Below, one piece after another: positions 9,170 to 20,025 of a stretch of DNA of 50,968 bases. The position numbers and the translations under genes are program-made. The stretch is from the IMG/VR virus record IMGVR_UViG_3300017754_000556, positions 1-50,968 of that record; one strand, 5' to 3'. The notes below the pieces were generated by a model that saw nothing but the letters and a program-made list of their open reading frames with translations, made no database searches and had not been told where the DNA came from. This DNA is from a virus. Lineage: Duplodnaviria > Caudoviricetes. The stretch's first letter is position 1; each line of letters begins with the position of its first letter.

Positions 9170-9579
9170 TGACTTCACCATATGCATCTGGCAAATATTC
9201 AATTGCCGAATGTGATCGGTGCGGCCAGCGTTTTAAGTTAAAACAATTGAAAGTTGAGGTCATTAAGACTAAACTATACCAATTGAAAGTTTGTCAAGAA
9301 TGTTGGGACCCTGATCAGCCGCAGTTACAGCTTGGGATGTATCCTGTTAATGATCCCCAGGCCGTATACCAGCCACGCCCGGATACAACTTATGTTGCTG
9401 CCGGCTTGAATGGATTGCAGTTAACAAATGGGGATCAAGGAACGCCAACTGGAGGTTCTAGAGACATTCAGTGGGGATGGTATCCTGTTGGTGGGTCTAG
9501 AGGGTTTGATTCGGTTTTAACGCCTAATTACTTGGTTATGAACACAAGTATTGGCACAGTAACAGTAACGGTTTCATAG
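9169..9579 (+). CDS. Hypothetical protein with a CxxC...CxxC motif
   Basis: 'ECDRCG' and 'VCQECWD' suggest a zinc site. TAATG overlap with the upstream gene. Confidence 0.7.
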   Translation: MTSPYASGKYSIAECDRCGQRFKLKQLKVEVIKTKLYQLKVCQECWDPDQPQLQLGMYPVNDPQAVYQPRPDTTYVAAGLNGLQLTNGDQGTPTGGSRDIQWGWYPVGGSRGFDSVLTPNYLVMNTSIGTVTVTVS

Positions 9580-9585
9580 GAGTTT

Positions 9586-9777
9586 ATGATGGCTAAAGAA
9601 AAAATGGATATGGCGCAAGATAAGGCTATGATCAAGAAGGCGTTCAAGCAGCATGACGCTCAAGAACACAAAGGCGGTAAAGGAACTACTCTTAAGCTAA
9701 AAAAGGGTGGACCTACTAGCCTGGACCGTAAGAAGTACGGCAAAAATCTGTCCCGTGCAATGAATCAAAAGGGGTAA
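9586..9777 (+). CDS. Small basic protein with an LKKGG motif
   Basis: SD TAGGAG, 63 aa, Lys-rich. Confidence 0.7.
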   Translation: MMAKEKMDMAQDKAMIKKAFKQHDAQEHKGGKGTTLKLKKGGPTSLDRKKYGKNLSRAMNQKG

Positions 9778-9780
9778 GTT

Positions 9781-10035
9781 ATGGCATACACAATGAAAAA
9801 GGGCGGCAAAGAAGTCGGCCCAGCTAGTGTTTACGCAAAGCCCCACACCATGTCTGGCGGCTCTGTTGAATTTACCAGTGTTACGCCTCCTAACATGAGC
9901 GATCCTGCCAACATGAATATGTCTTTAAACGACTACAGCAATAAACGTCCTCCGGCTGCAAAGACTAGCGGCATCAAAGTGCGTGGTACTGGTGCGGCTA
10001 CCAAAGGTGTTATGGCCAGGGGTCCAATGGCATGA
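9781..10035 (+). CDS. Small basic protein with MKKGG and RGTGAATKG motifs
   Basis: 84 aa with an ATGA overlap on the next gene. Confidence 0.7.
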   Translation: MAYTMKKGGKEVGPASVYAKPHTMSGGSVEFTSVTPPNMSDPANMNMSLNDYSNKRPPAAKTSGIKVRGTGAATKGVMARGPMA

Positions 10036-10682
10036 ACTACGCTGAGCTTGTAGTTGCAATCTCTGATTACACAGAGAACACCTTTCAAACGGTGGATATG
10101 GATCTGTTTATTAAACAGGCAGAGCAGCGCATCTATAACTCAGTTCAGTTTCCATCTATTCGTAAAAATGTTACTGGCTCTACTTCTGCCAATAACAAAT
10201 ATTTAGCATGTCCTAGCGACTTTTTGGCTCCGTACTCTATAGCTGTAATTGATGCTACTGGGTCATATGAATTTTTGTTAAACAAAGATGTTAACTTTAT
10301 TCGTCAGGCGTATCCAAAACCAACTAGCACTGGGATTCCAAAACATTACGCTCTGTTTGGAACTCAAAGCAATGACGAAAATGAACTTTCTTTTATTCTT
10401 GGGCCAACTCCTGACACCACGTATAGCGTAGAGTTACATTATTACTATTACCCACAATCTATTGTTACCGCTGGTACTACTTGGTTGGGAGATAATTTTG
10501 ATTCTGTTTTATTGTATGGGTCAATAATTGAAGCTTACACTTTCTTGAAAGGCGAAGCAGATATGATGGTTGCATACAATAAAAAATATGTAGAAGCATT
10601 AGCCCTGGCTAAACGCCTTGGAGATGGAATGGAGCGTCAAGACGCATATCGTAGTGGCCAAGTTAGAGTTGAGGTTAACTAA
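10032..10682 (+). CDS. Head-to-tail adaptor (tail tubular protein A-like)
   Basis: 'FIKQAEQRI', 'GIPKHYA', 'LGPTPD..YSVELHYYY', 'TTWL' and 'LLYGSIIEAYTFLK' match the common phage adaptor pattern. Confidence 0.7.
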   Translation: MNYAELVVAISDYTENTFQTVDMDLFIKQAEQRIYNSVQFPSIRKNVTGSTSANNKYLACPSDFLAPYSIAVIDATGSYEFLLNKDVNFIRQAYPKPTSTGIPKHYALFGTQSNDENELSFILGPTPDTTYSVELHYYYYPQSIVTAGTTWLGDNFDSVLLYGSIIEAYTFLKGEADMMVAYNKKYVEALALAKRLGDGMERQDAYRSGQVRVEVN

Positions 10683-11131
10683 TGTCTATTGCTCAAACAG
10701 CAACAACAAGTTTCAAAGTTCAACTGCTTCAGGCAGTACACAACTTTGGCCCAACATCACCAAATACATTCAAGATAGCTTTGTACACAGGTGCTGCAAA
10801 CATTGGATCTACTACTACTGCGTACACCACAAGTAATGAGTTGGTGGGTACGGGGTACACGGCGGGCGGAAACACTTTGGTGATTTCAACTTCTCCGACT
10901 TCAGGCACTAATAACAGCAACATTCCTACGGCGTACATTTCGTTCAACAACACAAGCTGGACAAATGCCACGTTTACATGCCGTGGTGCATTGATCTATA
11001 ACTCAACTGTTTCTGGCAATCCATCTGTTGCTGTGCTGGACTTTGGTTCAGACAAGACCGTGAACAACGACACGTTCCAGATCATCTTCCCAACCCCCGA
11101 TGCCAACAGCGCCATTGTGCGTATTTCTTAA
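10682..11131 (+). CDS. Tail-associated structural protein
   Basis: 'FKIALY', 'GYTAGG.TL' and 'RGALIYN...VAVLDFG.DK' form a beta-rich fold common in phage tail modules. Confidence 0.65.
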   Translation: MSIAQTATTSFKVQLLQAVHNFGPTSPNTFKIALYTGAANIGSTTTAYTTSNELVGTGYTAGGNTLVISTSPTSGTNNSNIPTAYISFNNTSWTNATFTCRGALIYNSTVSGNPSVAVLDFGSDKTVNNDTFQIIFPTPDANSAIVRIS

Positions 11132-11140
11132 GGATTCATC

Positions 11141-11707
11141 ATGGAATACAGTTCAGCAAAAGACCAAGTTTCCGCTGGTCTCATTACAAATCCCGTAGCT
11201 GGCGATATGGTTGGCGCTGGCGGTGTGTACACGGTTGAGTGCGTAGGCCCGGACGGTCAGGTTAAATGGACGGACTCTGCCCACAACCTAGTGGTCAATC
11301 AGGGTCTTGCCAACATGAACGCCGCATACCTTGCTGGTAGTGCGCAGACGGTTACGTGGTACATAGGTTTGGTTACTGGCCCCGGCTCTGGCACAACCTT
11401 TGCCGCTGGCGATACGTTGGCATCCCATGCTGGCTGGACTGAAAACACCGCGTACACGGGCAACCGCAAAGCAGTGACGTTTGGTTCGGCTACTACGGCA
11501 AACCCATCCGTTATTAGCAACTCAGCTTCTCCTGCGTCTTTTGCTATGACGGGCACGGCTACCATTGCTGGCGCTTTCCTGAGTAGCGTTGCCACGGGTA
11601 CTTCGGGCGTTCTGTTCTCGGGTAGCGATTTCACTGGTGGAGACAAGTCTGTTGCTTCCGGCGATACGCTAAACGTAACCTACACGTTTTCCCTGACCGC
11701 GACCTAA
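11141..11707 (+). CDS. Tail-associated structural protein
   Basis: Contains 'HNLVVNQG', 'WYIGL' and 'GDTLNVTYTFS'. Confidence 0.65.
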   Translation: MEYSSAKDQVSAGLITNPVAGDMVGAGGVYTVECVGPDGQVKWTDSAHNLVVNQGLANMNAAYLAGSAQTVTWYIGLVTGPGSGTTFAAGDTLASHAGWTENTAYTGNRKAVTFGSATTANPSVISNSASPASFAMTGTATIAGAFLSSVATGTSGVLFSGSDFTGGDKSVASGDTLNVTYTFSLTAT

Positions 11708-11713
11708 TAGGGT

Positions 11714-12736
11714 ATGTTCGGGGATGTAACCTTTGCACAAGCGCCATTTGCCTCCGCTGGGGGTAATGCGTTTGCGGTTGCTATTTCCGAATCAGGTTCT
11801 GTTGTTGATGCTGGGGACGCTCTGTTTATCGCAGGGGGGTTGATTGATGAATCAGCTTCTGCGCTGGAGTCCCAGTCTGTCCTTACTACTTTTGTAGCTG
11901 CAAACGTCGAGTCTGCATCTGGGTCGGACGTAATAGACACCCTCAACAATATCTTCAATGTCACCGTAGTTGATGCGGTAAGTGGGTTGGATGATATTTC
12001 TGCGGTGGGTACATACCCCGGCGACATCACTGAAGCTGCGTCCATTACAGATTCTGTGTTCTCGCTTGGAACTTACCCCGGCGACATAATGGAAACGGCA
12101 AGCGCCCTTGAAACGGTTGTCGGCAACTTCATCGCTTCTTTAGATATTGCGGAGTCTGCATCAGGTATCGACGCCGTAGCAGTCCAAGTTGCGTTTGCTG
12201 CTGCCATAGCTGAGAATGTTTCGGCACTAGCAGTCAGTACCGTCCAAGCTGATTTTGTTGCAGCTATCGCAGAAGCAATCAGTGGTATTGACGAGAACAC
12301 GGTTGCAGCTACGTTTGTGGCCTCAATTTCTGAGGCTTTATCGGGCGTAGATGATATTGCTGGCGGGCTACTGATTTCCGTAGACGTTGCCGAGGGTGCT
12401 TCGGCTGTAGACTCTGTTGCTACGCAGGTAATTTTTGCAGGTTCTATTGCAGAGTTTGTTTCCGGCATAGACGCAAATGTTGCCCTGTTGACGGTAAATG
12501 CGTATCCAGCGGGCATCCAGCTAATTGTTTCTATCGGGGATGTCCTTGTCTGGGCGGTAATAGATGACAGCCAGAACGCAAACTGGCAAAATATCAGCAA
12601 TGTGCAGGCCGCAGGATGGCAAAATATCAGCAATGCACAAACCCCCGGCTGGCAAGTTATTGGTAATGTCCAAGCCCCCGGATGGCAGAACATTGATGAT
12701 GAGCAAGCACCCGGTTGGATTAACCTGCCATCGTAA
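11714..12736 (+). CDS. Acidic repetitive virion protein (about 12 x 20-aa repeats plus 5 Trp-containing 11-aa repeats)
   Basis: I-x-E-x-x-S-x-x-D periodicity of about 20 aa. No Lys, Arg, His or Cys in 340 aa. Confidence 0.7.
   Translation: MFGDVTFAQAPFASAGGNAFAVAISESGSVVDAGDALFIAGGLIDESASALESQSVLTTFVAANVESASGSDVIDTLNNIFNVTVVDAVSGLDDISAVGTYPGDITEAASITDSVFSLGTYPGDIMETASALETVVGNFIASLDIAESASGIDAVAVQVAFAAAIAENVSALAVSTVQADFVAAIAEAISGIDENTVAATFVASISEALSGVDDIAGGLLISVDVAEGASAVDSVATQVIFAGSIAEFVSGIDANVALLTVNAYPAGIQLIVSIGDVLVWAVIDDSQNANWQNISNVQAAGWQNISNAQTPGWQVIGNVQAPGWQNIDDEQAPGWINLPS
12571..12733 (+). repeat. 33-nt tandem coding repeats (GWQNISN.Q..)
   Basis: TGGCAAAATATCAGCAATG occurs twice exactly, followed by three diverged copies. 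Confidence 0.8.
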
Positions 12737-12745
12737 GGATTCAAA

Positions 12746-15700
12746 ATGGCTTTAGTACTCAAAGATAGAGTTAAACAAACTGCTGCTGCACCGGGTACAG
12801 GCACGATTACGCTCAGTGGCTCGGCTACAGGGTTCCAGTCTTTCTCAGTGATTGGTAACGGCAACACTACCTACTTTGCTATTTACGACCCCGTGTCTGG
12901 TGATTGGGAAGTCAACTACGGCACGTACACATCTTCCGGTACAACCCTAACCCGTAACGCTACACCGCTGTCCTCATCTTCTGGCGGGTCTTTGGTTAAC
13001 TTCACCGGCACAGTAGATGTCTTTGTTACCTATCCATCAGAGAACGCAGTATGGAGGGACGTTTCTGGCGTTGTAGTTCAGCAAAGTTTTGGGGCAATCA
13101 CAGCCACTTCTGCTGCTCTGACTACAGGCACTATTTCTACGGCTCCAGTTAACAACACAGACATTGTTAATAAAGCATACGCTGACGCAATCGCATCCGG
13201 TATCCACTTCCACGAGGCAGTGGATTTAGCCACTACCACGGCGTTACCAGCAAACACCTATAACAACGGCACATCGGGGGTTGGGGCAACGCTTACGGCA
13301 AACGCTAACGGCGCTCTGTCTGTAGACTCAACGCTTACTGTTGCTGCAAACCGAATACTGGTCAAGAACGAAGCGGCTGGTGCCAATAACGGTGTTTACA
13401 CGGTGACACAGGTTGGCTCTGCGGGAACACCCTACATACTGACTCGCGCTACAGACTTTGATTCCGCCGGGACTGGAGTTGACCAGATTGACGAGGGTGA
13501 CTTTTTCTTAGTAACCAGCGGCACTGTTAACGTCAATACCGCTTGGGTTCAGCAGACTGCTCCCCCTATAGTAGTTGGAACTACGGCGCTTGTTTTTCAG
13601 CAGTTCTCAGCACCGATAACCTACACCGCAGGTACAGGACTAAACGAGTCCCCAACCTACACGTTCAATATTGCAACAACGGGTGTCTCTGCTGCCACAT
13701 ACGGCTCTGCTTCAACAAGCGCAACCATTGCAGTTAATGCGCAAGGGCAGATAACAAGCGCGTCCAACACGACCATTGCAATCAACGGGACACAAGTTTC
13801 GGGGAACATAACAGGTCAAGCAGGCTCTGTAGCTAATGCATTGACTGCTGGCACGTACCTAACTAGCGGGGGTACATACGATGGCTCTGCCGCTCGTACA
13901 TTTGCAGTTGATGCGACTGATGCAAATACAGCTTCCAAAGTAGTTGCACGAGACCCCAGCGGTAACTTCTCTGCGGGCACGATAACAGCTACCCTGAGCG
14001 GAGCAGCTACAAGCGCGGGTACTGCGACAAACATAGCTGGCGGCGCAGCCAACCAGATTCCCTACCAGACAGGCGCAGCTACCACATCGTTTGTCGTAGC
14101 CCCAACAGTTGCAGGCACATTCCTTAACTGGAACGGTTCGGCGTTTGCATACTCAGCCATTTCCTTGCCCAACAACGCTACCTTCAACAACGGCGGCGCA
14201 GGGGACGCATCGGGTACTACGTTTAACGGTTCTACTGCCCGGACTATTTCATACAACACGGTTGGTGCATCGCCACTGGCGGGCTCGTCTAGCCTGACTA
14301 CAACCGGCACGGTGACTTCGGGCACATGGTCTGCATCGTTTGGTGCGGTAAGCGGAGCCAACTTAACCAGCCTGACTGCGGGTAACTTGTCGGGGACAAT
14401 CCCTTCAGCGGTACTGGGCAACTCCACAGCCTATATTGGAACTACTGCCGTTGCATTGAACCGGGCTTCCGCTAACCAAGCACTGACTGGTATTTCCAGC
14501 GTCACGCTGCCCGGAGCAACATCAGGCACGGCCCAGATCACACCTAACGCAGTTGCAGGCACGGGTACGGTTCTGACTCTACCGGCTACCACAGGAACCT
14601 TGGCGCTGACTTCTGACCTACCAACGGTCAATAACGCCACACTGACGATGAATACGTCAGGTACGGGCCTGTCTGGTTCCCAAACTTTTACAGCTAACCA
14701 AGCCACTGGCGCAACATTTACAGTCGCTTCTAACGCGACCAACGCCAACACAGCCTCAACCATTGTGGCGCGGGATGCATCGGGTAACTTTAGTGCCGGG
14801 ACGATAACTGCAACTTTGAGCGGAGCAGCTACATCTGCTACCACGGCGGGCACAATCACAAGCCAAGCCAACAGCGCCACCATCACAGCTACAAGCGCAA
14901 ACACCGCCAGCCAAATTGTGCTGCGTGATGCCTCAGGTAACTTCAGCGCGGGGACGATTACTGCTACGCTTAGCGGTAATGCGTCTACTGCTTCTGCACT
15001 ACAGGGGTTAACTACTGGCGCAAGCGGCTCTATTTATACGGACGTAAATTGGTCATACCTGATACAGGGGTTTACTACTGGCGGAGCATTTGGCTGGAGA
15101 GCTACTTCTGCAACCGGCGTAGCATTTTCATGTACTGCTGCTGGCGCATTTTCAACAACTACTATTAACGGCTACACACCATCCGCAACTTCTGGCTTAG
15201 CCAATCGGCTCGTTGCTACTGATGCAAACGGCTACCTATTTAACAACTACTTTAACTCAACCGATAACGCTGTTACTTCCGGTGTTTCAGCAATAATGTC
15301 TAAAGCGGGTGATAACTACTACCGCTCAGCAAGTGCTGCGGCTGTTGCTACGTTTATTAGTGGTCAGTCGATGAGCATTAGTGGCAATGCTACCAACGTG
15401 ACGGGCACTGTTGCTGTTGCTAATGGAGGTACTGGGCAAACCACCGGGTACAAGTTATTTGATGTAGTATTTACGTCCAACATTAACGCTAATACAGATC
15501 GTACTGCTGGTTCGTACGGAAGCTACGCTTCTTCGGCTACAAATACTCCCACTGGCTCGGGTATTTTGTACAACTTTATGAGTGGTACAGGGGGCGCTGG
15601 TGACGGTGGGCAATTTTGGCAGGACTATGCAAACAACAATTTATATTTGCGCCAACGATGGGGTGGTGGATTTAGTAGCTGGCTAACCATATTATCCGCA

Positions 15701-16672
15701 AGTAACTACAACTCCTACGCTCCCACACTAACCGGTACTGGAGCTTCGGGTACTTGGGGAATTAATGTTACGGGTTCCGCGACATACCTTAACAGTTCAA
15801 ATTACATTAATCGAACGGGTTCATCCGGTAACTTAAATACAGATTTTAGCAACACCCCAGCGGGGTCTTTTAGGTATGGCGGGGACGATGCAAGTTTAAC
15901 AAATAGCCCCGGCGGCACATGGTGGATATATCAAAGTATGCGCCATTCCAATGGGAGTAGCCTTTGGGGTACGCAGGTAGCATGGGGATGGGAAGATAAC
16001 GCTAACAGACTTGCCACACGTAACGTCAGTGGAGGTGGTTTTGGTAGCTGGGTTTATTACTTAAACAGTAGCAACTACACCAGCTATGCACCATCCTTAA
16101 CTGGCTCCGGCGCTTCGGGTACTTGGGGGATTAGTATCACAGGTAACGCGGCTAATATAACTGCATACACTGTTAACCAAAGCGTAGGCACTGGAAATGC
16201 CCCTACTTTTTATGGTGTATATTCAAATAACTGGTTTAGGTCAAATGGTAGTACTGGGTGGTATAACGAAACATATGCGGTTGGTATTTACGCAACAGAA
16301 GCAGGTAATGTAAGGACGTATAATGGAGCTAGCTTTATTGCTGCTGGAAACGTAACCGCCTACTCGGACGAAAGACTTAAAACAAACTGGCGTGATATGC
16401 CAAGGGATTTTATTGAACGTTTATCTCTAGTAAAAAACGGTACATATGATAGAACAGACAACTGTGCTGCTAAAACGCAAGATGGTGTATCTGCTCAGTC
16501 ATTGCAACCACTTATGCCAAATTCAATTCAGACCGACTCAGATGGTATTCTCTCTATCGCATACGGTAGCGCAGCAATGGTATCAGCAGTTGAGTTGGCT
16601 AAGCGCGTTGTCGAACAAGATGCAAGGATTGCTAGATTAGAAGCCCTTGTTAATCAATTAATTGGAGATTAA
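12746..16672 (+). CDS. Long tail fibre with knob-like domains and a C-terminal intramolecular chaperone (peptidase S74-like)
   Basis: 1308 aa, T/A/S/G-rich. The repeat '[22 protein letters not shown]' occurs three times. The autocleavage motif SDERLK at 16364-16381 is followed by a terminal coiled coil. Confidence 0.85.
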   Translation: MALVLKDRVKQTAAAPGTGTITLSGSATGFQSFSVIGNGNTTYFAIYDPVSGDWEVNYGTYTSSGTTLTRNATPLSSSSGGSLVNFTGTVDVFVTYPSENAVWRDVSGVVVQQSFGAITATSAALTTGTISTAPVNNTDIVNKAYADAIASGIHFHEAVDLATTTALPANTYNNGTSGVGATLTANANGALSVDSTLTVAANRILVKNEAAGANNGVYTVTQVGSAGTPYILTRATDFDSAGTGVDQIDEGDFFLVTSGTVNVNTAWVQQTAPPIVVGTTALVFQQFSAPITYTAGTGLNESPTYTFNIATTGVSAATYGSASTSATIAVNAQGQITSASNTTIAINGTQVSGNITGQAGSVANALTAGTYLTSGGTYDGSAARTFAVDATDANTASKVVARDPSGNFSAGTITATLSGAATSAGTATNIAGGAANQIPYQTGAATTSFVVAPTVAGTFLNWNGSAFAYSAISLPNNATFNNGGAGDASGTTFNGSTARTISYNTVGASPLAGSSSLTTTGTVTSGTWSASFGAVSGANLTSLTAGNLSGTIPSAVLGNSTAYIGTTAVALNRASANQALTGISSVTLPGATSGTAQITPNAVAGTGTVLTLPATTGTLALTSDLPTVNNATLTMNTSGTGLSGSQTFTANQATGATFTVASNATNANTASTIVARDASGNFSAGTITATLSGAATSATTAGTITSQANSATITATSANTASQIVLRDASGNFSAGTITATLSGNASTASALQGLTTGASGSIYTDVNWSYLIQGFTTGGAFGWRATSATGVAFSCTAAGAFSTTTINGYTPSATSGLANRLVATDANGYLFNNYFNSTDNAVTSGVSAIMSKAGDNYYRSASAAAVATFISGQSMSISGNATNVTGTVAVANGGTGQTTGYKLFDVVFTSNINANTDRTAGSYGSYASSATNTPTGSGILYNFMSGTGGAGDGGQFWQDYANNNLYLRQRWGGGFSSWLTILSASNYNSYAPTLTGTGASGTWGINVTGSATYLNSSNYINRTGSSGNLNTDFSNTPAGSFRYGGDDASLTNSPGGTWWIYQSMRHSNGSSLWGTQVAWGWEDNANRLATRNVSGGGFGSWVYYLNSSNYTSYAPSLTGSGASGTWGISITGNAANITAYTVNQSVGTGNAPTFYGVYSNNWFRSNGSTGWYNETYAVGIYATEAGNVRTYNGASFIAAGNVTAYSDERLKTNWRDMPRDFIERLSLVKNGTYDRTDNCAAKTQDGVSAQSLQPLMPNSIQTDSDGILSIAYGSAAMVSAVELAKRVVEQDARIARLEALVNQLIGD

Positions 16673-16674
16673 TC

Positions 16675-18258
16675 ATGACCGTTCTCTACACAACCAACCT
16701 AGCCCTTGGGCAACCGGTTACCGGCACTGAGTCTGGTACATGGGGCGAGGATGTAAACAACGCCGTTACATCCTACCTGGACATTGCTATTGCTGGCGGT
16801 TTAGCTATCCCAATTACCACTGCTGATGTTACTCTTGCAATCACTCAAGGCACTAGCTCGGCAACAGGAATTATTTCTACCGGGGCAACTGGAAGCACGG
16901 CGCAATACGCTACTCTAATTATTAGTGGAGCCAAGACTGCAGCCCGTAACTTAAACGTACCAGCATCCAGCCGGAACTACATAATCAATAACACCGCAGC
17001 TACAGGAGGCTTCTTGCTAACTGTTCGCGGCTTGACTCTCCCAAGTACATTTACCACCGGCATTACCCTGGTTGATGGAGAGAAGGCGGTTATCTCTTGG
17101 AACGGCACTGACTACGTAAAAATTTCATCTAGCGTTGTGTCTAATTTGACCGGCACACTCCCTGTTGCCAATGGCGGTACTGGGGTTACAACCTCCACAG
17201 GTTCAGGCAGCACCGTACTCTCCACCAGTCCCACGCTAGTTACACCTCTATTGGGCACACCCACATCGGGCGTGCTAACCAACGCCACAGGGCTCCCTCT
17301 TACTACTGGCGTAACGGGCACTCTCCCTGTTGCCAACGGCGGTACAGGCTTAACGTCAACTCCTGCAAACGGCGCATTGGACATTGGTAATGGGTCAGGA
17401 TTTACCCGCGCTGTCTTGACCGCAGGTAGCGGAGTATCCATAACCAACTCAGCAGGCGGGATAACAATTTCCGCAACAGGTTTGGGTGGAACCATTACAG
17501 CAGTCACAGGCACGGCTCCGGTTGTATCTAGCGGTGGAACTACTCCTGATATCAGTATGGCTGCTGCGACCACTTCAGTTAACGGTTATTTAACCTCAAC
17601 AGACTGGAATACATTTAACGGCAAGCAGGCTGCACTTGTCAGCGGTACTAACATTAAAACGGTAAACAGCACTACCCTGCTTGGCTCGGGCGATGTCTCT
17701 GTAGGTGTTACAAGTGTTACCGGCACAGCCCCGGTAGTTTCAAGCGGCGGTACTACACCGGCTATCAGCATGGCTGCTGCTAGTACTTCAACCAACGGCT
17801 ACCTGACATCTACGGACTGGAATACCTTTAACGGCAAACAAGCAGCGGGTTCCTACGTAACTGTTGGTGGGGCGCTTGGTACGCCTTCATCGGGTACAGC
17901 TACCAACCTAACGGGATTACCGCTTTCAACAGGTGTTACGGGAACTTTGCCGGTAGCTAATGGCGGTACTGGAGTTACTTCTTCCACGGGTTCCGGTAAC
18001 ACTGTACTCTCAACTAGTCCTACACTTGTAACACCTTTGCTAGGTACGCCCACATCAGGCAACTTGGCAAACTGCACGTTCCCCACGTTGAATCAAAACA
18101 CAACAGGTAGCGCAGGCAGTGTAGTTACTACTGGCTTTTCAATCGTAGAATCAGCCGGTAAACTGTACTTTAAGTACGGGGCTACAAATATTGCTTCCCT
18201 TGATTCATCGGGTAACTTTATTGCCCTTGCAAACGTCACTGCTTACGGCACACCATAA
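16675..18258 (+). CDS. Second tail fibre protein
   Basis: Repeats [12 protein letters not shown] (x3), [17 protein letters not shown] (x2) and [15 protein letters not shown] (x2). Confidence 0.8.
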   Translation: MTVLYTTNLALGQPVTGTESGTWGEDVNNAVTSYLDIAIAGGLAIPITTADVTLAITQGTSSATGIISTGATGSTAQYATLIISGAKTAARNLNVPASSRNYIINNTAATGGFLLTVRGLTLPSTFTTGITLVDGEKAVISWNGTDYVKISSSVVSNLTGTLPVANGGTGVTTSTGSGSTVLSTSPTLVTPLLGTPTSGVLTNATGLPLTTGVTGTLPVANGGTGLTSTPANGALDIGNGSGFTRAVLTAGSGVSITNSAGGITISATGLGGTITAVTGTAPVVSSGGTTPDISMAAATTSVNGYLTSTDWNTFNGKQAALVSGTNIKTVNSTTLLGSGDVSVGVTSVTGTAPVVSSGGTTPAISMAAASTSTNGYLTSTDWNTFNGKQAAGSYVTVGGALGTPSSGTATNLTGLPLSTGVTGTLPVANGGTGVTSSTGSGNTVLSTSPTLVTPLLGTPTSGNLANCTFPTLNQNTTGSAGSVVTTGFSIVESAGKLYFKYGATNIASLDSSGNFIALANVTAYGTP

Positions 18259-18269
18259 GGAGCTAAACC

Positions 18270-19208
18270 ATGACGATGCCAGCATCTGGCCCAATATCGT
18301 TGGGTCAAGCTAATACAGAACTTGGGCTGTCCAGCACGGCCCTTATTACCATGAACGATGCTGCCCTTAGAACGCTGGCTGGGGTTGGCGGTTCGGGCAC
18401 TACATGGTCGATGAACTCGTTGTATGGAAAAACTTATAGGGTAGTCGTTACTGTGACTATTGGATCAAACACTCAAAACTATATTGCAAATACTGCAAAA
18501 GTAACTGGGTATGTTGCAGGCAAAACAGATGTTACTTTTGTAATTAGTGCTGGGGTTGTAGTCGGGTCTGCCTCTACGGGCTCGTATGCTTTTACTGTAG
18601 ATACATCTTGGAATGCGGGAGATACAGTAACAGTATCCAATAGCGGAACAATTATTGGCGCTGGTGGAGGTGGCGGAGCAGGCGGGGCTTCTGTTAATCC
18701 TTCTACTACCAATGGAGTAAGTGGAAGCGCAGGTGGCCCTGCTGTATCTGTTGGAAGAACGGTTTCGTGGACTAATGCAGGTACTACTGGCGGCGGTGGT
18801 GGAGGCGGCGGCGGCGGCGGCGCTAATGCTTTTGATGACGGCAAGGGAAATACTACGGGTATTGCTGGTGGTGGCGGCGGCGGGGGTCGAGGTAACAACG
18901 GCGGTGCCGCTGGGGCTGGAGGAGCGTCTTCTGGGTGGACTACTTCATATCCCGGTTCTGCTGGTACGGCGGGAACATCAGCAAGCAATGGCAGTGGCGG
19001 ACTGGGAGGCAGTGGCTCAGTAGATAATGCTGGTGGGAACGGAGGTGGGTTAGGTTCTGCTGGCGCTACTGGTACGGGTAGCCCAAGTGTAGGTGGATAC
19101 ACTCCTCCCGGCTCTGGCGGCGCAGCGGGTGCTTGTTTAGTTGGTAAATCTTTTGTTAACTCTGGCGCTGGTATTACTGGCGGCACAACTGGTGGAGGTC
19201 AATCTTAA
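18270..19208 (+). CDS. Gly-rich receptor-binding adhesin, T-even gp38-like
   Basis: Poly-Gly tracts ('NSGTIIGAGGGGG', 'NAGTTGGGGGGGGGG', 'GGGGGGGRG') directly downstream of the fibre genes. Confidence 0.6.
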   Translation: MTMPASGPISLGQANTELGLSSTALITMNDAALRTLAGVGGSGTTWSMNSLYGKTYRVVVTVTIGSNTQNYIANTAKVTGYVAGKTDVTFVISAGVVVGSASTGSYAFTVDTSWNAGDTVTVSNSGTIIGAGGGGGAGGASVNPSTTNGVSGSAGGPAVSVGRTVSWTNAGTTGGGGGGGGGGGANAFDDGKGNTTGIAGGGGGGGRGNNGGAAGAGGASSGWTTSYPGSAGTAGTSASNGSGGLGGSGSVDNAGGNGGGLGSAGATGTGSPSVGGYTPPGSGGAAGACLVGKSFVNSGAGITGGTTGGGQS

Positions 19209-19519
19209 TGGACTATCGTATTATTGCCGCCGATGCAACTATCGGTCAAATTCAAGTAACGTACAGCAACGCTGGAACTGATATTGCTACCTATGCAATT
19301 GACGTACCTGTAGTGGACGGTGCGTTTTTAACAGGCGATTCACTTGCGGCTGAGATACAAACTCGTGCCCCCGTATGGCTTTTGGAACGCAAGACTGAAG
19401 TTGCTACGGCTACTGGGTTTGACCAGATTAATGCCTTAGTGCAGACTCCTAATATTCCCCCTACAGTAACTGTTGCCCCCCAAAATCAAGGGTTTGTCCT
19501 TGGGCAGATCACAGCATGA
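19208..19519 (+). CDS. Hypothetical protein (possible fibre assembly factor)
   Basis: 103-aa ORF, translationally coupled. Confidence 0.6.
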   Translation: MDYRIIAADATIGQIQVTYSNAGTDIATYAIDVPVVDGAFLTGDSLAAEIQTRAPVWLLERKTEVATATGFDQINALVQTPNIPPTVTVAPQNQGFVLGQITA

Positions 19520-20025
19520 TAACGACCAAGTACATCGTTTTTGGGTGGGCTATCCACCGCAATGTCCTTGCTGACGGGGAAGAAATGACGGGTACTTGGA
19601 TTAAAGATACCCCTATGGACATCGCTGCAAACTGGGCGTTTTGGACTAAAGGGGCGCGGGTTATAACCAGCTACCCATCAGACTTTGATGATGCCTTCTT
19701 TATCCAGCAGCGCGGGCTTTTTTTCAACAAAATTACCTTTGCAGGGCACGTTTACAAACGGGGGACTTACACCCTTAAAGCAGTTGGTGACACGGAGTTT
19801 TGGTGCTTGGATTATTTGTTAAATGGCGGCAGCGCACCTGACTTAGAGTTCATATTGTTACCAGCCGGTCAGACTTATACAACCTCTGTGGGACAATTAA
19901 TTTTGATAGCTTCAGGAGAAACTGATCTTGGCGCTGCGCCCCTGCCGGTTGAAATAGTTTCGCAGGACAAGGTTATTACAGCAAGCGCAGACTCTTCATT
20001 AATTATCTTTTCAAGGGTAAAGTAA
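19516..20025 (+). CDS. Hypothetical protein
   Basis: 169-aa ORF with an ATGA overlap, aromatic and beta-rich. Confidence 0.6.
   Translation: MITTKYIVFGWAIHRNVLADGEEMTGTWIKDTPMDIAANWAFWTKGARVITSYPSDFDDAFFIQQRGLFFNKITFAGHVYKRGTYTLKAVGDTEFWCLDYLLNGGSAPDLEFILLPAGQTYTTSVGQLILIASGETDLGAAPLPVEIVSQDKVITASADSSLIIFSRVK

Noticed and set aside
12746-19208. Diversity-generating retroelement or invertible fibre cassette
   Set aside because: No reverse transcriptase or invertase is visible. The repeats differ at synonymous positions rather than specifically at adenines.
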